DNA of 64,000 bases from a bacterium (lineage in GTDB: Bacteria; Patescibacteriota; Minisyncoccia; Moranbacterales; DUUL01): the NCBI GenBank assembly GCA_018675685.1, contig JABGXP010000018.1:16175-80174 (forward strand), read 5' to 3'. Positions 38,908-48,766 of this stretch are shown here, piece by piece. The translations under genes and the position numbers were made by a program. The notes under the pieces are model-generated. The model worked only from the letters and a program-made list of their open reading frames with translations. It was not told where the DNA came from and searched no databases. The stretch's first letter is position 1. The number at the start of each line of letters is the position of its first letter.

Positions 38908-38978
38908 ACGGGCCGTAGTATAACGGTAGTACGCGCGCATGGGGTGTGTGTGGCTCGAGTTCGACTCTCGGCGGCCCG
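38908..38978 (+). tRNA. tRNA-Pro (anticodon GGG)
   Basis: Hand-folded cloverleaf. Acceptor CGGGCCG/CGGCCCG, U8, D-arm GTAT/GTAC with GG in the loop, anticodon stem CGCGC/GTGTG (two G-U pairs), loop AT-GGG-GT, T-arm TCGAG-TTCGACT-CTCGG, discriminator A. CCA is not encoded. A TATACT -10 box lies about 12 nt upstream. Confidence 0.7.
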
Positions 38979-39055
38979 ACATTGTTTTGTCTTAGAATTT
39001 TGTGTATTATAAAAAACAAACAGGGAACTTTAAGTTGTAAGTTAAATAAAAAAAA

Positions 39056-40327
39056 ATGGAAAGTTTTTACCAAGATGTTTTACGAAGGATTAAGAAGGCA
39101 AGTGAGATTATTAAACTACCAGAGCAAATTGAAGAAGTGATTTTAAATCCCCAAAGAATAATTCAGCTCTCATTAACTTTAAAACGTGATAACGGCAACA
39201 TCGAAACATATAAAGCTTATCGGGTCCAACATAATGATGCCCCGGGACCTTTCAAAGGCGGAATTCGTTTTCATGCTGACACTGACTTAGATGAAGTTAG
39301 TGCATTGGCGACATTAATGAGTTTGAAGAATTCAGTTGTCAACTTACCATATGGTGGAGCGAAGGGCGGAATAGGAGTTGACCCTAGGAGTTTGTCGGAA
39401 GCCGAATTAGAGAGGCTTTCCAGGGAATATGTTAATGCTATTCATAATGTGATTGGTCCCCGAAAAGATATTCCAGCGCCTGACGTGAACACAAATGGAC
39501 AGATTATGGCATGGATGGCTGATCAATATAGTTTATTGAATAATAATTATTTGCCAGGAGTTTTCACTGGAAAGCCGATGAATTTTGGTGGGAGCTTTGG
39601 TCGAGACATTGCGACTTCATTTGGTGGTATTGTAGTGCTTGAAGAATTTTTAAAAAAAGAGAAGAAATTAATAAAAAAACAAAACAGTGAAATTACAATT
39701 GCAATTCAAGGTGCTGGAAACGCAGGAGCAAATGCGGCTAGAATCCTTTCCAAAAAAGGTTATAAGATTATAGCAATTTCAGATTCGAAGGGTGGTATCT
39801 TAAATAAAAATGGCTTGAAAATTGAGGCAATTTTAGATGAATACCAAGAAGAAAAAAGAAAAGATAGCTCTGTAACTATCACTGAATCAGGGGGCGAATT
39901 TCAAAAAATTACCAACAAGGAGTTACTAGAGTTAACTGTTGATATTTTGATTCCTGCAGCTTTGGAAAATCAAATCAACAATGAAAATGCTAAAAAAATA
40001 AAAACCAAGATTGTCCTGGAGTTAGCCAACGGACCAGTTACATTCGATGCGAATGAAGCTCTTTTCGAAAATAAAGTAACAGTACTTCCTGGTATTCTAG
40101 CAAATGCAGGAGGCGTTGTTGGTAGTTATTTCGAATGGGTTCAGAACAATTCAGGTGATAGATGGAGCAAAGAGGATGTTCTTGGAAAAATTGAAACTAA
40201 AATGAAAGAAGCTTTTGCCGATCTAGACTTAGTTAAAACAAAACTAAAAACTGATTACCACACAGCAGCCTTTGCATCTTCTATTTTGAAGCTGCAAGAG
40301 GCAATGAAAACTAGAGGAAGAATTTAA
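39056..40327 (+). CDS. gdh: Glutamate dehydrogenase (Glu/Leu/Phe/Val dehydrogenase family)
   Basis: LPYGGAKGGI, the K-region and GAGNAG Rossmann motif. Confidence 0.88.
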   Translation: MESFYQDVLRRIKKASEIIKLPEQIEEVILNPQRIIQLSLTLKRDNGNIETYKAYRVQHNDAPGPFKGGIRFHADTDLDEVSALATLMSLKNSVVNLPYGGAKGGIGVDPRSLSEAELERLSREYVNAIHNVIGPRKDIPAPDVNTNGQIMAWMADQYSLLNNNYLPGVFTGKPMNFGGSFGRDIATSFGGIVVLEEFLKKEKKLIKKQNSEITIAIQGAGNAGANAARILSKKGYKIIAISDSKGGILNKNGLKIEAILDEYQEEKRKDSSVTITESGGEFQKITNKELLELTVDILIPAALENQINNENAKKIKTKIVLELANGPVTFDANEALFENKVTVLPGILANAGGVVGSYFEWVQNNSGDRWSKEDVLGKIETKMKEAFADLDLVKTKLKTDYHTAAFASSILKLQEAMKTRGRI

Positions 40328-40353
40328 TAATCTATAATTTTTTAAAAATAAAC

Positions 40354-40626
40354 ATGTCAGAAAAAAGATATTACACAGCTGAGCAAGCGAAGAGCATCGG
40401 AGAGCAATTGGCTATTGATTGGACTAAGTTTGATATTGAACAATTTCGTAAGGGGATGGATATCGAAATGGAGCATGGGCTCGTTGATGAAAAAACAAAT
40501 GTTTCAGGAGATAACCCATTCACAACCGGGAAAATTGCCCTAGCTCATTTAAATGAGTTTCCTGATTATTATGATCGTCTAGAGAAGATGGAGGAAGAAG
40601 CTGAAGAGTATTGGGAGAATAAATAA
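40354..40626 (+). CDS. Hypothetical small acidic protein (DUF5661-like?)
   Basis: IEMEHG...TGKIALAHLNEFPDYY pattern; the assignment is tentative. Confidence 0.4.
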   Translation: MSEKRYYTAEQAKSIGEQLAIDWTKFDIEQFRKGMDIEMEHGLVDEKTNVSGDNPFTTGKIALAHLNEFPDYYDRLEKMEEEAEEYWENK

Positions 40627-40709
40627 AAAAATAACAATAAAAAAACGTTCTGATCGATTTTTCTTGTAACTTATTAATGAAATTTCTTTAATTTTTTTAA
40701 AAAACAAAA

Positions 40710-41384
40710 ATGGAAAATAATCATTATCCCGGTGGTGATATGGACACCGGAAGTGTCTCAGAATACGAGACTTCAACAGGCGTCACTAGTTATTCAGACG
40801 TAGTGCCAATGCAAGCTGACTCACTTGAGTCAAACGGTGTAATAGTAGGATTCATGATAGCCTTTCTGTTTGTTATGATTCCGATGTACATTTACTATGC
40901 AATGTCTTTTCAGCGAATGGCACAGAAAATTAATATTCCTGATGACTGGTATGCTTGGGTTCCTGTTCTAAACCTTGTACTGTTATTTAGAATTGCCAAT
41001 AGACCTTTGTGGTGGATAGCACTTTTAATTGTTCCTGGTGTGAATATTATCATTAGTATTGTTGTTTGGATGGATGTCGCAAAGGCAATGGGGAAGCCAG
41101 AATGGTGGGGAATTTTAACAGTTATACCTGTGGTGAATCTTATAGTTCCAGGGTATTTAGCTTTTTCTAACGGAGTTGTGCCTGTTTATGATGCCGAAAT
41201 CACCCCAGTCCTTGGAAATGATGATGCGTTCGCATATAGCACTACAGTCGTTAAGGATCCAAAAGAGAATCTACAGAAAAAAACCCAAGGAGGAGAGGGG
41301 AGTGAGAATCAGCTAGAACAAGATCTAAAAAAAATGCAAAAAGAGGAATTAGAAAAGAAGGATAATGCTGATTTGCAAGGGTGA
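40710..41384 (+). CDS. Hypothetical Trp-rich integral membrane protein
   Basis: Repeated PxVNLIV / WW motifs in 3-4 TM helices. It has an acidic N-terminus and a K/E tail. Confidence 0.45.
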   Translation: MENNHYPGGDMDTGSVSEYETSTGVTSYSDVVPMQADSLESNGVIVGFMIAFLFVMIPMYIYYAMSFQRMAQKINIPDDWYAWVPVLNLVLLFRIANRPLWWIALLIVPGVNIIISIVVWMDVAKAMGKPEWWGILTVIPVVNLIVPGYLAFSNGVVPVYDAEITPVLGNDDAFAYSTTVVKDPKENLQKKTQGGEGSENQLEQDLKKMQKEELEKKDNADLQG

Positions 41385-41432
41385 TGGGAGCTTGGAAAAG
41401 ACAACCAAGCATAACTAATAAGAGTTTAAAGA

Positions 41433-42116
41433 ATGAAAGGTATTTTTGCTATTAATAAACCAAGAGGACCAAGTTCGTATGCAATTGTTGCCGGGATTAA
41501 GCGTTTGGTTGGTGGCACAAAAAGAGAAAAAGTTGGACATGCTGGTACACTAGATCCTTTGGCCGAGGGTGTTTTGGTTGTGGCAATTGGAAGGGAATTT
41601 ACTAAGCAAATTGATAAAATAGTTAAAAAGGAGAAAGAATATCTAGCTGAAATTAAACTAGGAACAACAAGCGTCACTGATGACGAAGAAGGTGAAAAAA
41701 ATGAAATCAGTGTAAAAAGAATCCCGACTTTAACGGAGATTGAAAAGATAAAAAACGATTTTATTGGTGAAATTGTTCAAGTCACACCAGTATATAGCGC
41801 TGCTAAGGTTGGTGGAGGAGAAGAAGGCTATAAGAAGGCTAGGAGGGGCGAAAAATTCACACCGCCACCGAGATTTGTGTACATTGAGAGAATTGATGTC
41901 ATTTCTTACGAGTGGCCGATATTGCAGATAAAAACCGTAACTGGACCAGGTGTATACATCCGTTCTTTGGCAAGGGAGTTTGGCGAAAAACTGGGAACAG
42001 GAGGTTATTTAACACGATTGGTACGGACAAGAGTTGGAGATTTCAGGATTGAAGATGCTGTTTCTCCTGAAGAAATTTTTCAAACAAACAAAGTAGTTAA
42101 GTTAAACGAGAACTAG
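41433..42116 (+). CDS. truB: tRNA pseudouridine-55 synthase
   Basis: GHAGTLDPLAEGVL catalytic Asp motif. Confidence 0.9.
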   Translation: MKGIFAINKPRGPSSYAIVAGIKRLVGGTKREKVGHAGTLDPLAEGVLVVAIGREFTKQIDKIVKKEKEYLAEIKLGTTSVTDDEEGEKNEISVKRIPTLTEIEKIKNDFIGEIVQVTPVYSAAKVGGGEEGYKKARRGEKFTPPPRFVYIERIDVISYEWPILQIKTVTGPGVYIRSLAREFGEKLGTGGYLTRLVRTRVGDFRIEDAVSPEEIFQTNKVVKLNEN

Positions 42117-42211
42117 AAGAGGCATACTTCTCTATGCTTAAGTAGTGGGTTTTACTTGGGGCATTGTAGCATTCCTTAAGTCAGAGGGAAAAAAGAATTA
42201 ATAATTCAAAG

Positions 42212-42868
42212 GTGAAAAAAGAAATTTCGGAAAGTGAAATAAAAAAGAGAAAGAAAAGAGCAAGAATTATAATGAGCGAATTGGCTAGGCTTTTTCCTGT
42301 ATCAAAAATTGCTCTTAATTTTTCCAACACACTCGAATTACTTATCGCGGTTGTTTTGTCCGCACAATGCACTGACAAAAAAGTCAACGAGGTAACAGAG
42401 AAGCTTTTCAAGAAATATCCAACACTCGATGATTATTTAAAAGCTGATCTAGAAGAGTTTGAGCAGGATATTCGCTCAACTGGATTTTATCGAAATAAAG
42501 CAAAAAACATCCTAGCGACAACGAGAATTATAAACAATAAATTTAAAGGAGAAGTTCCAAACTCAATGGAAAAACTAATTGAATTGCCAGGCGTTGCAAG
42601 AAAGACTGCAAATATTGTGCTAGGCGATGGATTTGGAAAAATAGAAGGGGTCGCTGTCGATACACATGTTAGGAGACTTTCTATTTTACATGGATTAACC
42701 ACTCAGAAAAATCCAGACAAAATAGAGCAGGATTTAATAAAGATAATTCCACAGAAAGAGTGGCTGAATTTCAATCATAGGATTATTGAATATGGGCGTA
42801 AATTTTGTCCAGCAAAAAAACATGACCATGAGAATTGCCCAATAGCGAAAAAAATAAATATCCAATAA
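42212..42868 (+). CDS. nth: Endonuclease III
   Basis: HhH-GPD (LPGVARKTANIVL), catalytic Lys/Asp and a C-terminal [4Fe-4S] CxxxxxxCxxC...C. GTG start, or the alternative ATG at 42272. Confidence 0.88.
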   Translation: MKKEISESEIKKRKKRARIIMSELARLFPVSKIALNFSNTLELLIAVVLSAQCTDKKVNEVTEKLFKKYPTLDDYLKADLEEFEQDIRSTGFYRNKAKNILATTRIINNKFKGEVPNSMEKLIELPGVARKTANIVLGDGFGKIEGVAVDTHVRRLSILHGLTTQKNPDKIEQDLIKIIPQKEWLNFNHRIIEYGRKFCPAKKHDHENCPIAKKINIQ

Positions 42869-42972
42869 CTCAAAGACTACTAAAAAGTGACTGAGAATGT
42901 GTATACAAAAAAAGACTATTTTAAAGGATAGTCTTTTTTTGTATAATTTGTATAGGTAATGACTTAATAAGC

Positions 42973-44271
42973 TTAATCCTCCTGTTCCTTTCCCTGTTCT
43001 TTTTTAAATGCAGCAGCAGCACTTACTCCTGCTAAGAATCCAGTGCTCCAACAAATTTGAAGATTATATCCACCGGTTGGACCATCAAGATCTAGAACTT
43101 CTCCTGCTAAGTATAAATTCTTTATTTTTCGCGAGTTTGTTGTTTGAGAGTCGACTTCTTTTAAATCAATTCCACCTGAGGTTACGATAGCTTGTCCAAA
43201 GCCCACTAGTTCTGTGACGCTTACAATCAGGTTCTTCGTTAGTTTAACAAGATTTTGTCTTTCTTCTTTAGTTACCTTGTTAACCTTCTTCTCCATGTTT
43301 ATTTTTGAAAGACGGATCATTACAGGGATCAATCTTTGTGGAAAGAGATCTTCAAGTGAATTTTTAAATTGTTTATTTTGATATTTTTGAAAATCTCTTT
43401 GAATCCTTTTATCCAGGGCATCGAAAGTTAGTGTGGGCTTTAAATCAATTGAAAGATGAACTTTCGCTTTTTTCTTCATTAATTCGCCGACCTTCTTGCT
43501 CATATCTAAGACGATTGGGCCGCTAACACCAATATGTGTAAAAAGCATATCTCCGAATCTCTCATCCTGAACCTTGTTGTTTTGGACTACGCTTAATTTT
43601 ACATTTTTCAATGTTAACCCCACTACAAATTCAATCCATTTATCATTCGCTCTTATCGGAGTCAGAGCTGGCTCTGGTTCAATAACGGAGTGTCCGAATT
43701 GCTCAGCCCAAGAATATCCATCACCAGTTGATCCAGTTCCTGAGTATGATTTACCTCCCGTACAAAGAATGAATTGTTTTGCTAAGATCTCCCCTTTTTT
43801 AGTTGAAAGGCTCTGAATTAAATTATCTTTAACTTGAATGGATACAATCTTATTATTACGGATAACAATAACTTTGTTTGTTGCCAAGCGTTTTCTAAGA
43901 GCAGTCAGGATATCTTCAGCTGAATCTGAATACGGAAAAACACGTCCTCCGCGTTCAGTTTTGAGATTGACACCCTCTGCTTTGAAAAATTCTTTAGTGT
44001 CTTCAACGCCAAACTTAGCAAGAGCTGAAAAAAGAAACTTGCCGCTTCTCCCAAGATCATCTAAAAGAGTATCTTTCGTAAAATTTTCCTGCGTTAGATT
44101 GCAACGGCCTTTTCCTGTGATTAAAAGCTTTTTCCCAAGTTTTTGATTTTTCTCAATTAGCGCAACTTTAGCTCCAGATTCAGCTGCCCAAATAGCAGCC
44201 ATCATCCCTGAAGCCCCGCCACCGATAACGGCGATGTCAAAAATTAGTTTGTCTTTACTGTTGATCTTCAT
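42973..44271 (-). CDS. HI0933/BaiN-like FAD-dependent oxidoreductase
   Basis: DIAVIGGGASGMMAAIWAAESGAKVALIEKN...GKGRCNLT. Confidence 0.85.
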   Translation of the reverse strand: MKINSKDKLIFDIAVIGGGASGMMAAIWAAESGAKVALIEKNQKLGKKLLITGKGRCNLTQENFTKDTLLDDLGRSGKFLFSALAKFGVEDTKEFFKAEGVNLKTERGGRVFPYSDSAEDILTALRKRLATNKVIVIRNNKIVSIQVKDNLIQSLSTKKGEILAKQFILCTGGKSYSGTGSTGDGYSWAEQFGHSVIEPEPALTPIRANDKWIEFVVGLTLKNVKLSVVQNNKVQDERFGDMLFTHIGVSGPIVLDMSKKVGELMKKKAKVHLSIDLKPTLTFDALDKRIQRDFQKYQNKQFKNSLEDLFPQRLIPVMIRLSKINMEKKVNKVTKEERQNLVKLTKNLIVSVTELVGFGQAIVTSGGIDLKEVDSQTTNSRKIKNLYLAGEVLDLDGPTGGYNLQICWSTGFLAGVSAAAAFKKEQGKEQED

Positions 44272-44410
44272 AATGTTGTTAGTGAATTTGTTGTGTTAGC
44301 AAATAGTTTATAATAGACTGTATTATGGTTTTTGGCAAGGAACGCATTTTTCTTTATTTGAATGAAAGTTTTATGATTTTTAAAATAAAATAGTTTTGAA
44401 GTCAGAGTGG

Positions 44411-44455
44411 TATTGAAAAAAGGTACGCCCGGGTGCACAATGTGCTCCCGGGCGT
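44411..44455 (-). terminator. Minus-strand intrinsic terminator: GC-rich hairpin in an AT-rich spacer
   Basis: acgcccggg-tgcacaatgtgct-cccgggcgt, with a T-run on the minus strand (revcomp of tattgaaaaaaggt). Confidence 0.55.
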
Positions 44456-44945
44456 CAGTGACGAGGTGTTGTTATTCATATCGAATTTAGCGCTGGCTGG
44501 GCAAAAAATTAGAAAAAATAATAACACTCCTTGTCACGCATAAACATTGTAATTAAATACCCAGATTTGTCAAGTAAAAAGAACAGTTTATTTTTTAACT
44601 AACAGTGTTTAGTACACATCAATAGTATGTTTTTATTTGATAATAAAAAATGTTAAAATAGCAACAAGACAAGAGCTGAGATTAATTTAGTGAGTATTTA
44701 AATGTTTGGAAACAGTTGATTTGCATTAATAGATACACCAAGAAATCAACAAAAATAATTTTAGATAAAATCAAAAAGAGGTATTAAAAGGCAAATACAA
44801 AAGAGTATAAACTATTGTAAATAGGGAACTAAAAGCTTAATAAGATTGTTCTGTTCAAAACTATTGACAAAAATAGAAAAAAAGAGAATGATGGAACTAT
44901 TGGTATTAATTAAATAAGTTAAATAAATTAATTTTTTTCAAACAA

Positions 44946-45446
44946 ATGTGGGTAAAGGATTACATGTGTGACTGGGTGAACACAATTCACCAAGAAAAAA
45001 CGCTTGCTGATGCTACTAAGCAAATGGTTGAGCAAAAAACAAATAGTATCGTTGTGATCGATGATGATAAAAAGCCTGTTGGTTTAGTTTCTACGCGCTT
45101 ACTTATTAAGCAGGTTGTGCCTGAGTATCTAAAAAATGATCCAATTTTTTCAATGTACGGAGCAGAGGGAACGTTTGATAGATATGCTGAAAAAGTTAAG
45201 GATGTGAAGCTAGAGGAATTTATGATTACAGAATTCCACACACTCTCAGAAAATGATGCAATGATTGAAGCTGCTGCATATGCAGTTAAGGGCGTGGGAA
45301 GATTTATCTTAGTTGTGAACAAAGAAGGGCTATTAGTAGGAGCAATTTCAAGGACTTGTGTTAAAAATGCACTATACAACGCCCTCTTTAAGGAGGAGCG
45401 AATTGATCCTAAGAAAAATAATCGTGATATAAAGTCAAATAGTTAG
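44946..45446 (+). CDS. CBS-domain pair protein
   Basis: Two CBS repeats (IVVIDDDKKPVGLVS..., FILVVNKEGLLVGAIS). Confidence 0.75.
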   Translation: MWVKDYMCDWVNTIHQEKTLADATKQMVEQKTNSIVVIDDDKKPVGLVSTRLLIKQVVPEYLKNDPIFSMYGAEGTFDRYAEKVKDVKLEEFMITEFHTLSENDAMIEAAAYAVKGVGRFILVVNKEGLLVGAISRTCVKNALYNALFKEERIDPKKNNRDIKSNS

Positions 45447-45513
45447 GTTGATTTAAAAAGCAATGAAAAGTCGTTGTTTTTTATTTTTTATTTTTTATTT
45501 TTAATTTAATTTT

Positions 45514-46839
45514 ATGCATGGGGTTGAACAGGAAGTTATAGGACATTTCCAGATTACAACTGGGATGATTACAGCTGCAATGCTGATTTTCTTAGGAAGT
45601 TATGCTGCTATTATATCAGAAAAAATTCACAGAACAATTATTGCAATTTTTGGTGGAGCATTGATGATTATTGCTGGAGAACTGATGGGATTTTATGACC
45701 AACATGGAGCTGTTGGTGCCATTGATTTTAATACCGTCGGTTTGTTAGTAGGAATGATGATTATTGTGGGAATTACAAAAGACACTGGTGTTTTTCAATA
45801 TGTTGCAGTAAAGGCGGCAAAACTAGCAAAAGGAGATCCTTGGAAAATTCTTTTTATGTTTGCAATAATTACAGCTGTTTTTTCAGCGCTCTTAGATAAC
45901 GTGACTACCGTTCTTTTGATGGTTCCAATGACGTTTGTTATTTGCGACAATCTTAAGATTAATCCAATGCCATTTTTGATGACAGAAATTTTAATGAGTA
46001 ATGTCGGAGGTACAGCGACCTTGATTGGTGACCCTCCAAATATTTTAATTGGTTCTGCTGCTGGACTAACATTTATGCAATTTGTGCAGAATCTTGCCCC
46101 AATTGTTATTGTTATGATTATTGTCTTGGTCCCAGTATTTAAATTTTTGTATGGAAAAAAGATTCAAACAGATAAGGAGAGCATGGAAAGAATCATGCAT
46201 TTAAATGAAAGCGATAGCCTCGAGAATATTCCATTGCTTAAAAAATCACTTTTCGTGCTAGCTTTGGTTATCTCTGGTTTTTTCTTCCATGGAGCATTGG
46301 GAATGGAAGCTGCAACAATCGCACTTTTTGGAGCCGGGCTATTACTTTTCTTAGATGGAAAGAATCCAGAGAGAGTTTTGCATGAAGTTGAATGGATTAC
46401 AATCTTCTTTTTTATTGGTTTATTCGTTTTAGTTGGCGGGCTTGAGCACGTTGGTGCAATTAACTGGGCTGCTGAAAGAATGCTGGAATTAACTGGAGGA
46501 GATTTCAAGTTTACTTCAATCTTAATTCTTTGGGGTGCTGCAATTTTCTCAGCCTTCGTTGATAATATTCCTTTCGTAGCAACAATGATTCCTCTTGTGG
46601 AACAAATGGACGGTGTTTTTGCACAAGGACTTGAGCCAATTTGGTGGTCCTTGGCTCTAGGAGCTTGTCTTGGTGGCAATGGAACATTGGTTGGTGCTAG
46701 TGCTAATCTTGTTGTTGCTGGAATGGCTGAAAAAGCTGGATATAAAATTAAGTTTATTGAATTTATGAAAGTAGGGCTCTTTATTATGTTTATCACCGTA
46801 GCAATGGCACAAGTCTATCTTTGGATAAAGTTCTATTAG
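45514..46839 (+). CDS. ArsB/NhaD-superfamily anion permease (citrate transporter-like)
   Basis: Multi-TM protein with the GGTATLIGDPPNILIG motif. Confidence 0.75.
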   Translation: MHGVEQEVIGHFQITTGMITAAMLIFLGSYAAIISEKIHRTIIAIFGGALMIIAGELMGFYDQHGAVGAIDFNTVGLLVGMMIIVGITKDTGVFQYVAVKAAKLAKGDPWKILFMFAIITAVFSALLDNVTTVLLMVPMTFVICDNLKINPMPFLMTEILMSNVGGTATLIGDPPNILIGSAAGLTFMQFVQNLAPIVIVMIIVLVPVFKFLYGKKIQTDKESMERIMHLNESDSLENIPLLKKSLFVLALVISGFFFHGALGMEAATIALFGAGLLLFLDGKNPERVLHEVEWITIFFFIGLFVLVGGLEHVGAINWAAERMLELTGGDFKFTSILILWGAAIFSAFVDNIPFVATMIPLVEQMDGVFAQGLEPIWWSLALGACLGGNGTLVGASANLVVAGMAEKAGYKIKFIEFMKVGLFIMFITVAMAQVYLWIKFY

Positions 46840-46870
46840 AGAATAAATAGTAAGTAAGAATATTTAAAAA

Positions 46871-46903
46871 AATACCAGCAGATAGCATCTGTGGGTATTT
46901 TTT
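46871..46903. terminator. Stem-loop plus T-run shared by convergent permease and rpmB transcripts
   Basis: aataccagcaga...tctgtgggtatt followed by ttttt. Confidence 0.55.
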
Positions 46904-46988
46904 AAAACAAATAAACAAATTTGTTAAAATAAACAAAAAGACACTGGAAATCACCAGCGCCTTGGTTGTTGAGTTTTAAAGGAGATCT

Positions 46989-47162
46989 TTATTTTGAAAC
47001 CTTATTCATAGTCTTGATGCATTTTGTACAAACATTGGTTTTTTTGCCATCAATGTGTCTTGTTTGAATATTAGCCTTAAAAGTTCTTTTAGTAGCGATA
47101 TTTGAATGAGAACGTGAGTTTCCTGACATAGTCTTCTTACCGCAAATGCTACAACGTGCCAT
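46989..47162 (-). CDS. rpmB: 50S ribosomal protein L28
   Basis: MARCSICGKKTMSGNSRSHSNIATKRTFKANIQ. I chose the start at the internal Met of the 89-aa track ORF. Confidence 0.88.
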   Translation of the reverse strand: MARCSICGKKTMSGNSRSHSNIATKRTFKANIQTRHIDGKKTNVCTKCIKTMNKVSK

Positions 47163-47344
47163 ATGTCTACCTTGAATAGTTATAAAATGTATTGTAAACT
47201 TAACAAGTAATAGAGTACCAATTCCAAGGCGTTTTGTCAACCTTTTGTAATGAGGCAAGTGATTTGTATTTTTATCTGGGAATTGGTTTAATGAATTACT
47301 CTATGTATCGTTTGTCTGCTGATAGAAATTTTAAATTTATATTT

Positions 47345-47980
47345 ATGGGTATTAGTATCGAAATAGTTTTGCAAATTGCAGTTTTAATTTTCTCTGTTGT
47401 GGTTCACGAAGTAGCTCATGGATATGCAGCTTTAAGACTTGGAGATCCAACAGCTAAATATGCAGGGAGATTAACTTTGAACCCAATGAAGCATTTGGAT
47501 ATGTGGGGATCATTTCTGGTTCCTTTGTTTCTAGCAATTTCCCAAATAGGATTTGTTTTTGGTTGGGCAAAACCAGTTCCATACAACCCCTACAACCTTA
47601 AGGATCAAAGATATGGACCAGCAATTGTTGGGGTAGCAGGACCATTATCAAATTTAATACTCGCATTAATTAGTGGAATCTCTTTAAGAATACTATTGGT
47701 TACTGGAATGGCTGATGGTCTTTTAGCTAGTATTTTTGCTCTTATGTTTATTATCAATATTGCACTTATGGTGTTTAATTTGTTTCCTATCCCTCCTTTG
47801 GATGGCTCAAAACTACTTTTTGCCTTTTTGCCAATTTCAGAATATACCAAGCAAATGCTTGAAAAGAATGGTTTGGTGATTTTCTTACTTTTTTTGTTTT
47901 TATCCAAAGGACTTATAGGAGAAACAATCTTATATGTAGTGGAGTTTTTTGCTAGATATATTATTGGTACTGGGCTATAG
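47345..47980 (+). CDS. Site-2-protease-like M50 family membrane metalloprotease
   Basis: HEVAHGYAA HExxH motif within a TM helix, and LDG near the C-terminus. The track ORF begins at 47234 and overlaps rpmB; I prefer the later Met. Confidence 0.75.
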   Translation: MGISIEIVLQIAVLIFSVVVHEVAHGYAALRLGDPTAKYAGRLTLNPMKHLDMWGSFLVPLFLAISQIGFVFGWAKPVPYNPYNLKDQRYGPAIVGVAGPLSNLILALISGISLRILLVTGMADGLLASIFALMFIINIALMVFNLFPIPPLDGSKLLFAFLPISEYTKQMLEKNGLVIFLLFLFLSKGLIGETILYVVEFFARYIIGTGL

Positions 47981-48024
47981 AGCTTATCATCCATACTTCT
48001 ATAAGGACAATTTGATAAGTATAC

Positions 48025-48167
48025 TTGACAAGTTCTGAACTTGTGGTAACCTATTAAAAGTATTCCGTAGACCTTAGGCGCAACTATAAGTCCTAAGTAG
48101 GGGTAAAAGAAACTTCTTTTTAGAATTCTTTGCTTCCGAAATCTACGTTATACGTAGATTTTTTTAT
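48025..48167 (+). promoter_or_regulatory. rplJ leader: TTGACA promoter element, L10(L12)-binding-like helix and an attenuator hairpin
   Basis: TTGACA at 48025. Helix cttagg-cgcaactataagt-cctaag. Attenuator aatctacgt-tat-acgtagatt plus T7 at 48139-48167, 35 nt before the rplJ ATG. Confidence 0.55.
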
Positions 48168-48200
48168 TTAAAGAGAGTTAATAAGATTAAAATAAGAAAC

Positions 48201-48725
48201 ATGCTTACACGCCAAAATAAGGAGGCTTTGATAGATGATCTTACAAAGAATCTCAAGGAAAGTACAACCTCTATTATCTGCGATTATAAAGGTTTAAGTG
48301 TTTCGGAGATTAGCGAACTCAGAAAGGTATTGCGAGAAAAAAATGCAAACATGAAAGTAGCAAAGAAAACATTTACACAAATAGCTTTTGACAACGCTAA
48401 AATTGATATAGATGTTCGGAAAATTGATGGTCAGGTTGCAGTGATTTACGGAGGAGATGATGAAGTTTGTTCTTCAAAAGCAGCATTTGATTTCTCTAAA
48501 GAAAATAAAGCTTTTAAAATCAAAGCTGGATCATTGGAGGGAAAAGCAATTACAACAGAAGAGATTGCAAGTCTTGCTAAACTTCCTTCAAAGGAACAAT
48601 TACTCGGTCAGGTAGTTGGAACAATAAAGGCGCCTATTACAGGTTTTGTCGGTGCGCTTAGCGGAAACTTGCGGAATTTAGTTTATACATTAAATGCAGT
48701 TAAAGAATCCAAAGAGAACGCCTAA
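48201..48725 (+). CDS. rplJ: 50S ribosomal protein L10
   Basis: Position before rplL and L10-like sequence. Confidence 0.9.
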   Translation: MLTRQNKEALIDDLTKNLKESTTSIICDYKGLSVSEISELRKVLREKNANMKVAKKTFTQIAFDNAKIDIDVRKIDGQVAVIYGGDDEVCSSKAAFDFSKENKAFKIKAGSLEGKAITTEEIASLAKLPSKEQLLGQVVGTIKAPITGFVGALSGNLRNLVYTLNAVKESKENA

Positions 48726-48766
48726 CAATAGTTTATAAACATATTTAATAATAATTTTACAAAGTT

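Noticed and set aside
47234-47344. The N-terminal 37 codons of the M50 protease track ORF.
   Set aside because: They overlap the rpmB promoter and start region on the opposite strand. The conserved protein begins at the later Met (47345).
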